Assembly: GCA_965205975.1 (NCBI GenBank) | Contig: OZ242195.1 | Location: forward strand, 2,560,001-2,624,000 | From: Candidatus Latescibacterota bacterium | Lineage (GTDB): Bacteria > Latescibacterota > UBA2968 | Direction: 5' to 3' | Length of the DNA stretch: 64,000 nt | The notes under the pieces: generated by a model | Database searches by the model: none | What the model saw: only the letters and a program-made list of their open reading frames with translations | Told to the model about the DNA's origin: nothing | Part shown: piece after piece, positions 49,501 through 59,803 of the stretch | Layout of the letters: every line of letters starts with the position of its first letter | Position numbering within the stretch: the stretch's first letter is position 1 | Program-made: the position numbers and the translations under genes

Positions 49501-50970
49501 ATGATACAACGCCCAAACATCCTCTTCTGCATTGCCGATGATCAATCCTGGCCCCACGCTAGTGCCTATGGCTGCCCCTGGGTCAACACCCCTGCTTTTG
49601 ACCGCGTCGCACGCGAAGGCATCCTCTTCAACAACGCCTTCACACCCAATGCCAAATGCGCCCCATCCAGAGCCGCCGTCCTCACTGGCCGCTATTCCTG
49701 GCAACTTCAAGAAGCCTGCAACCACCTCTGCTTTTTCCCATCCGACTACGCCACCTACCCCGAACTTTTCAAAGAAGCCGGATACGCCACGGGATTCACC
49801 GGCAAAGGCTGGGCACCGGGCGAACCGGGCACTTATCCAGATGGCTCACCGCGCAAACTCGTCGGTCCCGAACACAACGACCTCAAACTCGATCCCCCCA
49901 CAAAAAGTATTGCTAATATAGACTACGCCGCCAATTTTGCGGCTTTTCTCAATGCCAAACCCGACGGCCAGCCCTTCAGCTTCTGGTATGGCGGCAGAGA
50001 ACCCCACCGCGGTTACGAATACGGCTCTGGCGTGCGCCTCGGGGGAAAATCCCTCTCTGATATTGACGAAGTACCCCCCTGCTGGCCGGCAACCGAAGAC
50101 GTCAAAAACGACATGCTCGACTACGCCTTTGAAATCGAATGGTTCGACAAACACCTGGGCCAAATCCTCGACATCCTCGAAAAACGCGGCGAACTCGACA
50201 ACACCCTCATCATGGTCACCTCAGACAATGGCATGCCCTTTCCGCGCATGAAAGGCCAACTCTACGAAATAGCGTACCACATGCCACTGGCCGCCATGTG
50301 GAAAAACGCGATGGAACCGGGCCGAATAGTTGACGACCTCGTCAATTTCGTTGACTTTGCTCCCACCTTCCTCGAAGCCGCGGGCATCGACATCCATCCC
50401 CAAATCACCGGCAAAAGCCTCATGCCCATCTTCAAATCCAGCAAATCGGGCATCATCGACCCGGAGCGCACCGCTCTCATCTCGGGCAAAGAACGCCACG
50501 ACATCTGCCGTCCCGGCACCGTCGGATATCCCATCCGCGGCATCCGCGACCACCGCCACCTCTACCTGCGAAATTTTGAACCCGACCGCTGGCCGGCTGG
50601 CAACCCCGAAGTCTATTACCGCAACATCGACGACTCACCCACCAAAACGCGCGTCGTCGAAGAAAAAGAACAGGGCAATGAGACCTATTGGCAACTCTGC
50701 ATGGGCAAACGCCCCAAAGAAGAACTCTACAATATCCAGACCGATCCCCACTGCATCACCAACCTCGCCGAAAGCGCCGACCACCAGACCATCAAAAGCG
50801 CGCTCTGGCAAAAACTTCAGAAAACCCTCAAACAACACGGCGATCCCCGCATGGAAGGTCAGGGCCACATCTTTGACGAATACCCCGTCACCAATCCAGA
50901 ACAAGAGCAAAGAGTCAAAGAACGGTTCCGCATCGCCAGAGAAACGGGTATCTTCTTCAAAAACTTTTAA
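49501..50970 (+). CDS. Sulfatase, N-sulfoglucosamine sulfohydrolase (sulfamidase)-like
   Basis: RPNILFCIADD.SWPH, KCAPSRA, TGKGWAPG, EPHR, SDNGMPFPR.K, ERHD; start placed at ATG 49501. Confidence 0.9.
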   Translation: MIQRPNILFCIADDQSWPHASAYGCPWVNTPAFDRVAREGILFNNAFTPNAKCAPSRAAVLTGRYSWQLQEACNHLCFFPSDYATYPELFKEAGYATGFTGKGWAPGEPGTYPDGSPRKLVGPEHNDLKLDPPTKSIANIDYAANFAAFLNAKPDGQPFSFWYGGREPHRGYEYGSGVRLGGKSLSDIDEVPPCWPATEDVKNDMLDYAFEIEWFDKHLGQILDILEKRGELDNTLIMVTSDNGMPFPRMKGQLYEIAYHMPLAAMWKNAMEPGRIVDDLVNFVDFAPTFLEAAGIDIHPQITGKSLMPIFKSSKSGIIDPERTALISGKERHDICRPGTVGYPIRGIRDHRHLYLRNFEPDRWPAGNPEVYYRNIDDSPTKTRVVEEKEQGNETYWQLCMGKRPKEELYNIQTDPHCITNLAESADHQTIKSALWQKLQKTLKQHGDPRMEGQGHIFDEYPVTNPEQEQRVKERFRIARETGIFFKNF

Positions 50971-50983
50971 ATGAGAGGGGTAT

Positions 50984-51244
50984 ATGAATTGGCCAAGTTG
51001 GTGGGAATGGGACCTGGGTTTTACGGCACATGTGGAAGTCCGAATGGAGGAACGAGGTTTCTCTGAGATCGAACTACGAACAATGCTTGATAACGCTTCA
51101 AAATTGACCCCTGCACGTCACCCCGATCGTTGGCTTATTCATACTCGCCATGCGAGGCATCCCTGGGTTGTCGTCGTCGAGCCAGATTTGGACGACAAAA
51201 TTCTTATGATTGTAACCGCATATCCTGAAGAGGTACGCCCATGA
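50984..51244 (+). CDS. DUF4258-like protein (putative RNase toxin)
   Basis: FTAHV..RM.ER, W.VVVEPD, IVTAY. Confidence 0.7.
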   Translation: MNWPSWWEWDLGFTAHVEVRMEERGFSEIELRTMLDNASKLTPARHPDRWLIHTRHARHPWVVVVEPDLDDKILMIVTAYPEEVRP

Positions 51245-51510
51245 AAACAGTTTCCTTACAAATCACATATCGCAAAGGCAAACCATTTGCTGCATATATT
51301 TACCTATCTCACCGGTGCGGACAGAAAAGTGTACGCACCGAAGCGGTAACAGAAGATTTGCTCATAGACTATGCTCAAGATGGTACACCTCTTGGAATTG
51401 AGATCGTCTCGCCTAGAATCGTGAGTATAGAAGAGATACAGAGCGTCTTTGATCGTTTGGGGCTTGGCAGACCGGAACCCATAGAGTTGGAGCCGCTCAA
51501 TGCAGCGTAA
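51241..51510 (+). CDS. DUF2283-like protein (putative antitoxin partner)
   Basis: AAYIYL, LLIDY..DG.P.GIEI; ATGA overlap with upstream gene. Confidence 0.75.
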   Translation: MKTVSLQITYRKGKPFAAYIYLSHRCGQKSVRTEAVTEDLLIDYAQDGTPLGIEIVSPRIVSIEEIQSVFDRLGLGRPEPIELEPLNAA

Positions 51511-51528
51511 CTGTAATTTGGGGTATTA

Positions 51529-52329
51529 TTAATACCCAATCCCCCGCAGATACTCGCGGTTAGACTTTGCCGCTTCTGCGGCAGGTTTGGGCGGATAGGG
51601 TCGGTCGAGTTCGACGGACACCCACCCATCGTAGCCCACGTCTTCCAACTTCTCAAGCGCTGCCCGTGCGTCAAACCCCATATTCCCCGCGCCGAGTTCC
51701 GCAAATCGCGCCTCCTCATTAAACTGTCCCATACGGTGATTCCAGGACGAGGGATCATTGGCATGCACATCCTTCAAATGCACATGTCCAATCCGATTCC
51801 GCAACACATCGCGTTCAAAAACCTGCATCGGATCGCTACCTGCCGCCAGCATGTGTCCCGTATCGTAAAGCAACCACAAATCGGGCGCTGCCGTCATCAA
51901 TCTCTCGGCATCCTCAACCGTCTCAATCAACGTCCGCATGTGCGCGTGGTGGAAACCCTTCACATTGTGCGCCTTGCAATATGCCAGCACATCATCGAGC
52001 GAACGAGCCGCATTTTCAAAATCTTCATCACTCGGATCATCGCCCCCCCACATCGCTCGGCGACACGACGGCACCTCTGCCGCATCATTGCCCAAAGAGA
52101 TATTGTACCGAACCCGATCAAGCGGACTCGGTCCCCCCACATTGACCAGATGCAACCCATTCTTCCTCGCGAGATTGGCTTTAGCAACCAGATCATCGCC
52201 ACTGTCGATCTTCAACCCCTCAACTCCATCCCACCCGGCCTCTGCCACCTCTGCCAACACCTTCTCGGGATTTTCGTGCTGCTCGCCCCGAAACTGAATC
52301 AAATGACAAGCCAGTCTAAATTTGCCCAT
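51529..52329 (-). CDS. Sugar-phosphate isomerase/epimerase (xylose-isomerase-like TIM barrel, IolE-like)
   Basis: G.DGVE, HHAH, YDTGH, HVHLKD, ELG.G, GYDGW.SVELD; start placed at MGKFRL. Confidence 0.88.
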   Translation of the reverse strand: MGKFRLACHLIQFRGEQHENPEKVLAEVAEAGWDGVEGLKIDSGDDLVAKANLARKNGLHLVNVGGPSPLDRVRYNISLGNDAAEVPSCRRAMWGGDDPSDEDFENAARSLDDVLAYCKAHNVKGFHHAHMRTLIETVEDAERLMTAAPDLWLLYDTGHMLAAGSDPMQVFERDVLRNRIGHVHLKDVHANDPSSWNHRMGQFNEEARFAELGAGNMGFDARAALEKLEDVGYDGWVSVELDRPYPPKPAAEAAKSNREYLRGIGY

Positions 52330-52348
52330 ATTTATGTCCTTTCTGAAA

Positions 52349-52379
52349 GCGGGCGACCACAGGGGGTCGCCCCTACAAT
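52349..52379 (-). repeat. GTAG-type REP, identical to 53101-53131
   Basis: GCGGGCGACCACAGGGGGTCGCCCCTACAAT. Confidence 0.85.
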
Positions 52380-53017
52380 TACACTTCATCCACCGTCCGG
52401 TGCGCGAAGGCATTCCACACACCAGCCAGATCGTGAACGGCCTTAAACATCGGATAAAGCGCGTCCCACATCGCATCTCGCGCTTTGAATGCGGCTTCCC
52501 TATCGCCCTCTGCGAATGCCTTCTTAAAAGCCGCCACTTGTGCGCGCTGCGTCTCTGCTGTCTGTTCTACACGCGCGACAAAATCCTCCACAGACTGCAG
52601 ATGTTCATCTGCTCTTGTATCTGCATCAACGCTCAAATCTGGTGCCTGATCATAAGAAAAAGAGTTCGCAAATCGCGGCGGCTCCTTCTCTCCCTCTGCC
52701 GTCCAATACGTATGCGTAGGCAAAATATGCGGCGTCACAGACAAATACATAATCACCTCATCATCGCCCACATTGCGTACCGTATGCGCCTCATCCGTTA
52801 GTGCAATACACATCTGTCCGGGACCCAACACCTCCTTGTGCCCCTCGATATCAAACTCTGCCTGCCCTTGTAAAATCAGAAAAATCTCATGCCCCAAATC
52901 GTGTGTATGGCTCTGATTGAACTGCCCCACCTCCATCTTCAAAAAACGCGAACGAATCTGGGGTGTCACCAGCATATTGGTAATATCCTTGCGATAGTCA
53001 AAAACTTGAAATGGCAT
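52379..53017 (-). CDS. Cupin-domain protein with a helical C-terminal extension
   Basis: HTHDLGHEIFLILQG, H.VRN.G; SD AAGGAGG before MPFQ. Confidence 0.85.
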   Translation of the reverse strand: MPFQVFDYRKDITNMLVTPQIRSRFLKMEVGQFNQSHTHDLGHEIFLILQGQAEFDIEGHKEVLGPGQMCIALTDEAHTVRNVGDDEVIMYLSVTPHILPTHTYWTAEGEKEPPRFANSFSYDQAPDLSVDADTRADEHLQSVEDFVARVEQTAETQRAQVAAFKKAFAEGDREAAFKARDAMWDALYPMFKAVHDLAGVWNAFAHRTVDEV

Positions 53018-53100
53018 GATACCCTCCTTATTAGGTCGCGGATAAAAAAAACCAAATGATACTTGCTTCAACATCCCGAACACAGCATATTACGCGATGC

Positions 53101-53131
53101 GCGGGCGACCACAGGGGGTCGCCCCTACAAT
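53101..53131 (-). repeat. GTAG-type REP, identical to 52349-52379
   Basis: 31-bp identical direct copy. Confidence 0.85.
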
Positions 53132-53152
53132 CACACCAACCGAAAGAAATGC

Positions 53153-55099
53153 ATGAGCCTACCCAATCCCGCGCCACAGCCTGACCCCGCGTCACACATC
53201 ACCACCCGCGCCATTATCGTTGGCCTGATCCTGACTCTTGTCATCTGCTATTTTGCCACAGACACCACCTATCGCCTTCGCGCATCTCGCGTATCTCTGG
53301 GCCACATGCCCATGTCATTGTGGCTGCCATTTCTTCTCATCTTCCTGATCAATCCCCTGCTCAAAAAAATCCGGGACAACTGGATGCTTCGCCCGCATGA
53401 ATTGGGACTCATCCTCTGCATGGGATTTATCGGCAGCGTTTTTCCCACCAAAAACGTCGCCGGGCGCCTGATCGCCGTCCTCGCCAGCCCCTATTACAAA
53501 GCCACGCCGGAAAACCGATGGGCGGAATTTACCCACGAACACATCCAACCCTGGGCTGTACCCAGCAATCGCGCGGGCGACATCACCAATTTGTGGGAGG
53601 GATTGCCAGCACATCTCTCCACCCCCTATCACGCCTGGGCTGTACCGCTCTTCTGGTGGTTCACATTTTTCTTCGCCCTATTCATCGCCTGTTTGTGCAT
53701 CACTGTCATCTTGCGCAAACAATGGGTCGAACACGAACGCATCACCTTTCCCCTCGCGCAGTTGCCCACTCTGATGATTCGGGATACAGCGTCGGGACAA
53801 ATAGGATTTTTCAAAAACAAATTATTCTGGACGGGATTTGGCATCGGCGCATTCATCTTATCCTGGAATATCCTGCCCCTCTTCTGGCACAATCTCCCAA
53901 TCATACCCATTGGTCCCACCCATAGTACCGCCATCTCATTTGGGCACGACTTTCCACCGCTACAAATCAAATTCAACTTTGTCATGGCGGCCTTTGGATA
54001 TCTCACCAACCTCGAAGTCCTGCTCTCCATCTGGCTATTCCATATACTCTCGCTCATCGAAATCGGCGCATTAAACCGCTTTGGCATCACAGTGGGCAGA
54101 GACTTTGGCAGCGGCCTATTGCTACAGCAAGTCGGTGGCTTCATCGCATTTGCCCTGTTTGGCCTCTTCATGGCGCGGCAGCATATTGGAACCGTCATCC
54201 GCGCACTCTGGCAACCCGATGCACAGGACAAAACCGAACTCCTGTCTTACCGCACCGCAGTAATCGGCCTGATCATCTCACTCATCTATGCCAGTGCCTG
54301 GATGTACGCACTGGGCATTTCCCTGCTGGGCATTGCAATACAACTGGGCCTGCTCTTGATCTACTTCATCGGCCTGGCCAAAATCGTCGCAGAAACCGGC
54401 CTCGTATATGTCGAAACCCCACTGCGAACCCAGGAACTCGCCGCTGCCGCGCTCGGCACAAACGTGCAAACCCCCGACCACGTCGGCATGGCACTATCGG
54501 CCAACAGCGTGGAAAGCCACCGCGAATACATCCTCCCGTCTCTCACTCACACCGCCAAAATCCACGACGTATTTCGCTGGCCGCGCAATCGCATGGTCGC
54601 GGCCCTAATGCTCGCCTTTATCATCGGCTTTGCCGTCTCAATTATCTATACCCTCAACCTCTGCTACGGCGCGACCGGTGCCGCCAACATCCGCCACGTC
54701 TTTGTATTCGGCGGATACAGCCAGCGCATGTTCGACCGCGTCGTCTCCTGGGCATCGGAACCGACCTCTTTTGGCCGCGTTGAATGGCAATTCCTGGCTG
54801 CGGGCGCGCTCGGCACCCTGTTTTTGAGCCTCATGCGCTTGCGCTTTGCGTGGTGGCCCCTCCATCCCGTGGGATTTACAGTGGGATATGTCTATCCCGT
54901 CAGAGTCACCGCCTTCACCGTCTTTCTCGTATGGGCATTCAAATCCATTGTATTGCGCATCGGCGGCATCCGGCTCTACCGCAATTTGCAACCCTTCTTC
55001 ATCGGCCTCTTAATCGGCTACACCCTCGGTGTCGGCCTCTCCACACTCGTAGATCACATCTACTTCCCCGGCAACGGTCACATGGTGCATTCGTGGTAA
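53153..55099 (+). CDS. Large polytopic membrane protein, DUF6785/DUF6784-like (putative transporter)
   Basis: RAIIVG, LRKQWVEHERITFPLA, LLSYRTA, AETG, WWPLHPVGF, W..K...L..GG..LY....PFFIGL, FPGNGH. Confidence 0.8.
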   Translation: MSLPNPAPQPDPASHITTRAIIVGLILTLVICYFATDTTYRLRASRVSLGHMPMSLWLPFLLIFLINPLLKKIRDNWMLRPHELGLILCMGFIGSVFPTKNVAGRLIAVLASPYYKATPENRWAEFTHEHIQPWAVPSNRAGDITNLWEGLPAHLSTPYHAWAVPLFWWFTFFFALFIACLCITVILRKQWVEHERITFPLAQLPTLMIRDTASGQIGFFKNKLFWTGFGIGAFILSWNILPLFWHNLPIIPIGPTHSTAISFGHDFPPLQIKFNFVMAAFGYLTNLEVLLSIWLFHILSLIEIGALNRFGITVGRDFGSGLLLQQVGGFIAFALFGLFMARQHIGTVIRALWQPDAQDKTELLSYRTAVIGLIISLIYASAWMYALGISLLGIAIQLGLLLIYFIGLAKIVAETGLVYVETPLRTQELAAAALGTNVQTPDHVGMALSANSVESHREYILPSLTHTAKIHDVFRWPRNRMVAALMLAFIIGFAVSIIYTLNLCYGATGAANIRHVFVFGGYSQRMFDRVVSWASEPTSFGRVEWQFLAAGALGTLFLSLMRLRFAWWPLHPVGFTVGYVYPVRVTAFTVFLVWAFKSIVLRIGGIRLYRNLQPFFIGLLIGYTLGVGLSTLVDHIYFPGNGHMVHSW

Positions 55100-55103
55100 G
55101 GCA

Positions 55104-55212
55104 CGAATCAGCGAATCAACGAATCAGCGAATCAGCGAATCGAAGTTCGTAACGACTTTGGGTGGTTGGGCGGGGTTCGTCTATTCGTCTATTCGTCTAT
55201 TCGTCTATTCGC
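55104..55212. repeat. Composite of 8-bp tandem repeats: (CGAATCAG)x5 facing (TTCGTCTA)x4
   Basis: Directly visible; 55159-55212 is near-identical to the reverse complement of 63423-63477. Confidence 0.9.
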
Positions 55213-55249
55213 AAAAAAGGGGCACCATCGCGCGATGACAGCCCCTTTC
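55213..55249. terminator. Terminator-like hairpin after the minus-strand sulfatase
   Basis: AAAAAAGGGGC..CATCG-CG-CGATG..GCCCCTTT. Confidence 0.65.
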
Positions 55250-55252
55250 AAA

Positions 55253-56761
55253 TCAAGATGGTTCTCGAAATGCCTGTTCCCCGATAGTATTTACATACGG
55301 ATGTCCCATCTCCTCCATCCACCCCAAAATGCGGTCTCGCATTGATGCGGCACGCGCGCGATCTCGATACGCCAGATTGTGTTCCTCATGGGGATCATCC
55401 GCCAGATTATAAAGCTCGTCCAAATCGCGCACATCACCGCTCAGAGGCTTCCAATTCAGCACAAACTTCCACGATCCCTGCCTGAGCATCACACCGCGAT
55501 TCATCAAATCCGTAAAAATCTCTTCCCGCGCAACATCGCGCTCACCCTTCAAAACACCGCCTATACTCTCGCCATCTACCCCCTCGGGAATATCCATATC
55601 CGCCAGATCCAGCAGCGTGGGCATCACATCCACACTGCTATTCAAAGAAGTATTCACAGATCCCGCTTCAATGCGCCCGGGCCACCGCACCAAACACGGC
55701 ACCTTCATCAACGTATCATACCCACAATACGTCAACTTATACACCATCCCAAACTGCCCCACCATATCGCCGTGATCCGACACAAACATCACAATCGTAT
55801 TCTCCGCCTGCCCATTGGCATCCAACGCATTGAGCACCCGCTCTACCTGTGCGTCGATATAACTCACATACCCCCAATAACGCCGAACATAATCTCGTAC
55901 CTCATCTCTCGACCAGACATCGCGCACATAAGTGCGATCATGACCCGATTGAAAACGCGGCTTATCCTCCAATGGCGCGTCGTAATTATCGGGCAGGGGC
56001 ACATCGTCCAAATCGTACATCGAATCCCAGGGTTCAGGCGGACAGACGGGCGAATGCGGTCCGTAAAAAGACAACACCGCACAAAATGGATTGTCCCGAT
56101 TAGCGTTGAGAAACGACACCATCTCATCGGCAAAAAAGTGTGCCATGTGGTGATCCTCTCCCAACAAACTCACGTTGTGCTCCCGATCTGGAGCACTCGG
56201 CGCTGCCTGGTGATTGCCCACGCGAGGCGAATTTTTAACCTCATCTGGCAAATCAGTCGTCTGCAAATACGCTTTGAAATGCTTCCATCCCCCAACCCAG
56301 TGATCAAATCCACTCCGGGGTTCATCCTCACCCGTCCCGCCCTCCACCTCCACAAACTCAAAATCGCGCGTACTATCTACCCGCTTTCTGACCCAGCAAT
56401 TGTCAAACGGACCGCGTTCCGCAATCCCGCGATACATCTGCCCCCCCAAATGCCACTTGCCAATCCACGCGGTTTGATAGCCCGCATCGCGAAATACATT
56501 GCCTATTGACGGCAACGCATCGTCCAGTTCCACATCGTTAATCACCACCCCGTGGTTGTGCGAATAGCGCCCGGTCAAATACGTCGCCCGAGACGGTGTA
56601 CACGCAAACGCCGCAATATAAAAATTGTCAAACCGCATGCCCTCGCGTGCCAGGCGGTCTTGCGCGGGTGTCTTAACAACCGAATTGCCATAACAACCGA
56701 TAGTCGATACAGGTTGCTGATCCGTCATAATCAAAAGCACATTGGGACGATCACCGGACAT
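55253..56761 (-). CDS. Sulfatase (Cys-type)
   Basis: RPNVLLIMTDQQ, ACTPSRA, GKWHLG, GPHSP, SDHGDM, ELYNL..DP.E. Confidence 0.93.
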   Translation of the reverse strand: MSGDRPNVLLIMTDQQPVSTIGCYGNSVVKTPAQDRLAREGMRFDNFYIAAFACTPSRATYLTGRYSHNHGVVINDVELDDALPSIGNVFRDAGYQTAWIGKWHLGGQMYRGIAERGPFDNCWVRKRVDSTRDFEFVEVEGGTGEDEPRSGFDHWVGGWKHFKAYLQTTDLPDEVKNSPRVGNHQAAPSAPDREHNVSLLGEDHHMAHFFADEMVSFLNANRDNPFCAVLSFYGPHSPVCPPEPWDSMYDLDDVPLPDNYDAPLEDKPRFQSGHDRTYVRDVWSRDEVRDYVRRYWGYVSYIDAQVERVLNALDANGQAENTIVMFVSDHGDMVGQFGMVYKLTYCGYDTLMKVPCLVRWPGRIEAGSVNTSLNSSVDVMPTLLDLADMDIPEGVDGESIGGVLKGERDVAREEIFTDLMNRGVMLRQGSWKFVLNWKPLSGDVRDLDELYNLADDPHEEHNLAYRDRARAASMRDRILGWMEEMGHPYVNTIGEQAFREPS

Positions 56762-56774
56762 TGTAACCCCCTCT

Positions 56775-57845
56775 CTACACCAAAAACTTCAGGCAAACGG
56801 GCATGGGCACTTCCACGACATGCCCGGTCTCTGTCAATTTCCCGGTCTCTCGGTCGATGGCAAAAGAAACAATCGTATCGCTACTTTGATTCTCTGCGAG
56901 CAAGTAATTGCCATCGGGCGAAAGCGCGATATTGCGAGGCGTTTGTCCGCCAGTGGAGTGAATATCGACCGGCGTCAAGTGACCGCTGGACGCGTCAACC
57001 GCAAAAATGGCGACACTATCGTGACCGCGATTTGACCCATACACAAACTTGCCATCGGATGAAACGTGAACATCCGCCGTATGACTCGTATCTGAAAAAT
57101 CGCCGGGCAATGTGTCGATAGATTGCAACTCGGTCAACGCGCCGGTCTCTGCATCATAGGCATAGGCATTGACAGTATTTCCGATTTCGTTAATGAGATA
57201 GGCGTATTGTCCCCCGGGATGAAACGCAAAATGGCGCGGTCCCTCACCAGGCGCCACAGAGACAGATGGCGGATCATTCGCAACGAGTTTGCCGTTTTCG
57301 AGATCAAGCTCAAAAATCAACACCTTGTCCAAACCGAGATCGGCAACATAAACCCGTTTGTTATCCGGCGAAATATTCGCAGAATGGGCGTGGGGACCTT
57401 GCTGCCGTTGCGGATTGACACTGCTGCCCTCGTGCTGAATAAAATCCGACGCCTCGCCCAGCGCACCGTCTTCTCCAATGGGCAACATACAGGTGCTACC
57501 CCCACCGTAATTTGCCACCACCGCATAGCGCCCCGTAGCATCGATATTCAAATGACAGGGACCAGTGCCTATTGTCGATTTCCGGTTGATAAACGCGAGA
57601 TCTGCGGCTTCTGCATCAATAGCATACGCGCTAATCGCCCCCGCGCTCTCGCCATTGTATTCACTGATCTCATTGACCGCATAGAGAAACCGCCCATTGG
57701 GATGAATGGCGAGAAATGTCGGATTCTCACTCTCGATGCTATTCGCCGGAGTGAGTTCACCCGTCTCGGTATTGAATCGGTGAACGTAAATACCTTTGCT
57801 GCCAGTGCGAGTGTAGGTACCGGTAAAAGCGATGATATTGCTCAT
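56775..57845 (-). CDS. pgl: 6-phosphogluconolactonase (7-bladed propeller lactonase)
   Basis: GTYT, NP.FL, GPCH, ANY.GG, RQ..PHAH, DLGLD, GPRH, SNRGHDS, PRN. Confidence 0.92.
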   Translation of the reverse strand: MSNIIAFTGTYTRTGSKGIYVHRFNTETGELTPANSIESENPTFLAIHPNGRFLYAVNEISEYNGESAGAISAYAIDAEAADLAFINRKSTIGTGPCHLNIDATGRYAVVANYGGGSTCMLPIGEDGALGEASDFIQHEGSSVNPQRQQGPHAHSANISPDNKRVYVADLGLDKVLIFELDLENGKLVANDPPSVSVAPGEGPRHFAFHPGGQYAYLINEIGNTVNAYAYDAETGALTELQSIDTLPGDFSDTSHTADVHVSSDGKFVYGSNRGHDSVAIFAVDASSGHLTPVDIHSTGGQTPRNIALSPDGNYLLAENQSSDTIVSFAIDRETGKLTETGHVVEVPMPVCLKFLV

Positions 57846-57857
57846 AATAAATCTCCT

Positions 57858-58952
57858 TTAGTGGCTCAAAATATCGACGACCATATCGCCAAAATCACTG
57901 GTCGAAAGAACATTCTTGGGATCGGTTATTTCTGAGGCGAGTTCAGAAGTGGCATATCCTCTCTCGAGAATATCGAACATAGCGTTCCACAAAGCGTCGG
58001 ACTCCTCTTTAAGCCCCAGACATTTATCCAGCAAAAATGCAATACTGCCAATCATCGAATAGGGATTGGCGATATTTTGACCCGCGATATCGGGAGCCGA
58101 CCCGTGCGCCGGTTCCACATAGCCCTTTTCTGGCCCCATACACGCCGAAGGCATCAAACCGAGAGAGCCGAGTAAGCCCCCCGCCTGATCGGTCAGAATA
58201 TCGCCCTGCATATTTTCCAAAAGCATAACCCCATTGAATTGCGTGGGATCTCTGACGAGTTGAAAAGCCGCATTATCGACGATAATCGACACGTATTCGA
58301 CATCGTCGTATTCTTTTGCCATATCTTCGATAATCGCGTCCCAAAGCCGAGACGTCGCCAGCACATTCGATTTGTGAACATGGGTCATTCTGGTGCCGAG
58401 ACGTCGGGCTTCGTCAAACGCAACCGTTCCAATCGCGCGCACCTGCTCTTCGGTATAAATACAATCGTCGCGCGCGTATTTCATCCCCGTAGCAGTACCC
58501 TCTTCTTTCTCCCCAAAATAAATACCACCCACCAGTTCCCGAATCATGAGAATATCAATACCCTCTCCAATAACGCTATCGCGCAGGGGAGAAAATGACG
58601 CGAGAGATTTGGGCAGCCTGACCGGGCGATAATTGGCATACGTATTGAAACGCTTTCGCAAAGGCAGAATAGCACCGAGTTCCGGACGCGACTCCTGTGG
58701 AATTTTCTTCGTCTCTTCAATGGAAAGCCCCACCGGACCTTTGATAATCGCGTCTGCCCGATCGCACAGGGCTTTTGTTTCATCGGGAAACGGACTACCC
58801 TCGTCAAAATACGACGCCGCACCAAAAGGCGCGTATTCCAGCACAAACTCGTGATCGAACTTCTTTTCAATCGTGCGAAGCGCTTTAATCCCTTCCCGCA
58901 TAATCTCGGGACCAATGCCGTCGCCTTCAAGCACGGCGAGGGTTTTTTTCAT
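57858..58952 (-). CDS. leuB: 3-isopropylmalate dehydrogenase
   Basis: GDGIGPEI, LRK....YANYRP, RELVGGIYFG, KSNVL..SRLW, VDN, GDILTD, GSLGL.PSA, EPAHGSAPDIAG. Confidence 0.93.
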   Translation of the reverse strand: MKKTLAVLEGDGIGPEIMREGIKALRTIEKKFDHEFVLEYAPFGAASYFDEGSPFPDETKALCDRADAIIKGPVGLSIEETKKIPQESRPELGAILPLRKRFNTYANYRPVRLPKSLASFSPLRDSVIGEGIDILMIRELVGGIYFGEKEEGTATGMKYARDDCIYTEEQVRAIGTVAFDEARRLGTRMTHVHKSNVLATSRLWDAIIEDMAKEYDDVEYVSIIVDNAAFQLVRDPTQFNGVMLLENMQGDILTDQAGGLLGSLGLMPSACMGPEKGYVEPAHGSAPDIAGQNIANPYSMIGSIAFLLDKCLGLKEESDALWNAMFDILERGYATSELASEITDPKNVLSTSDFGDMVVDILSH

Positions 58953-58974
58953 AATAAACCTTTCTGTAAGAATG

Positions 58975-59063
58975 GTAAGAGGGAAATCCTTTTCCCGACC
59001 CCATCGCGGCAGGGATGCCGCTCCAACGCAACGGCGTAGTAAGAGGGAAATCCCTTTCCCGAC
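58975..59063. repeat. 25-bp direct repeat pair flanking a REP-like palindrome
   Basis: GTAAGAGGGAAATCC(T/C)TTTCCCGAC at 58975-58999 and 59039-59063; spacer holds GTTGGAGCGGCATCCCTGCCGCGAT on the minus strand. Confidence 0.85.
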
Positions 59064-59803
59064 TAACCACTGACCACCGACGCCGCCTCTCTATCTAAAA
59101 TAAACGTACAATCCGAATGTGTCTGTAAAAAACTCGCCGGACAGGATGGATGGGGAGCACCCTGAACAGCGCGAGCAATCGCTCCTGCCTTATCCTTACC
59201 CATCGCCAGAAGGAGGATGCGTCTCGCCTCGCAAATCGTGGCAATCCCCGCAGTAAGCGCCTGTTTGGGCACATCTTCAACGCGCTCGAAAAAGCGACTA
59301 TTCGCCGCAATCGTACTCTCGGTCAAATCGACCAGACGGGTGCGAGAATCGGGCGCACTGCCAGGCTCGTTAAAAGCAATATGTCCATTGCGACCAATGC
59401 CGAGCAACCACAGATCCACACCACCGCACGCCCGTATCCTGGCTTCAAAAGCCTCGCACTCGAGACCGGCATCCACTGCCATGCCATTGGGTACATGAGT
59501 ATTCCACAGTTGAATATCAGTACCGTCAAAAAACGTGTGATTCATAAAATAACGATAACTCTGGGGATGCCCACCATCAAGCCCCCAGTACTCATCGAGA
59601 TTAAAAGTAGTCAAACGCGAAAAACTCAGCCCCTCCCGATTCATCCGCACGAGTTCGGCATACGTCCTCACCGGCGTTGACCCCGTTGCCAAACCGAGCA
59701 CAGCATCTGGCTTCTGGCGAATAAGCGCGGCAATTACCGATGCAGCGGCGCGGGCCACATCGTCGGGCGTATCGCAAATTTTCACTTGAATAGGCATAAT
59801 CAA
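59063..59803 (-). CDS. nagB: Glucosamine-6-phosphate deaminase
   Basis: LGLATGSTP, TFNLDEY, HPQSY..FM, LGIG.NGHIAFNEPG, N.RFF, CPAS.LQ.H. Confidence 0.96.
   Translation of the reverse strand: MIMPIQVKICDTPDDVARAAASVIAALIRQKPDAVLGLATGSTPVRTYAELVRMNREGLSFSRLTTFNLDEYWGLDGGHPQSYRYFMNHTFFDGTDIQLWNTHVPNGMAVDAGLECEAFEARIRACGGVDLWLLGIGRNGHIAFNEPGSAPDSRTRLVDLTESTIAANSRFFERVEDVPKQALTAGIATICEARRILLLAMGKDKAGAIARAVQGAPHPSCPASFLQTHSDCTFILDREAASVVSG

Noticed and set aside
58975..59063. Two 25-bp repeats with a 39-bp spacer resembling a minimal CRISPR array
   Set aside because: Only two units, the spacer is itself a REP-like palindrome, and there are no cas genes or leader.
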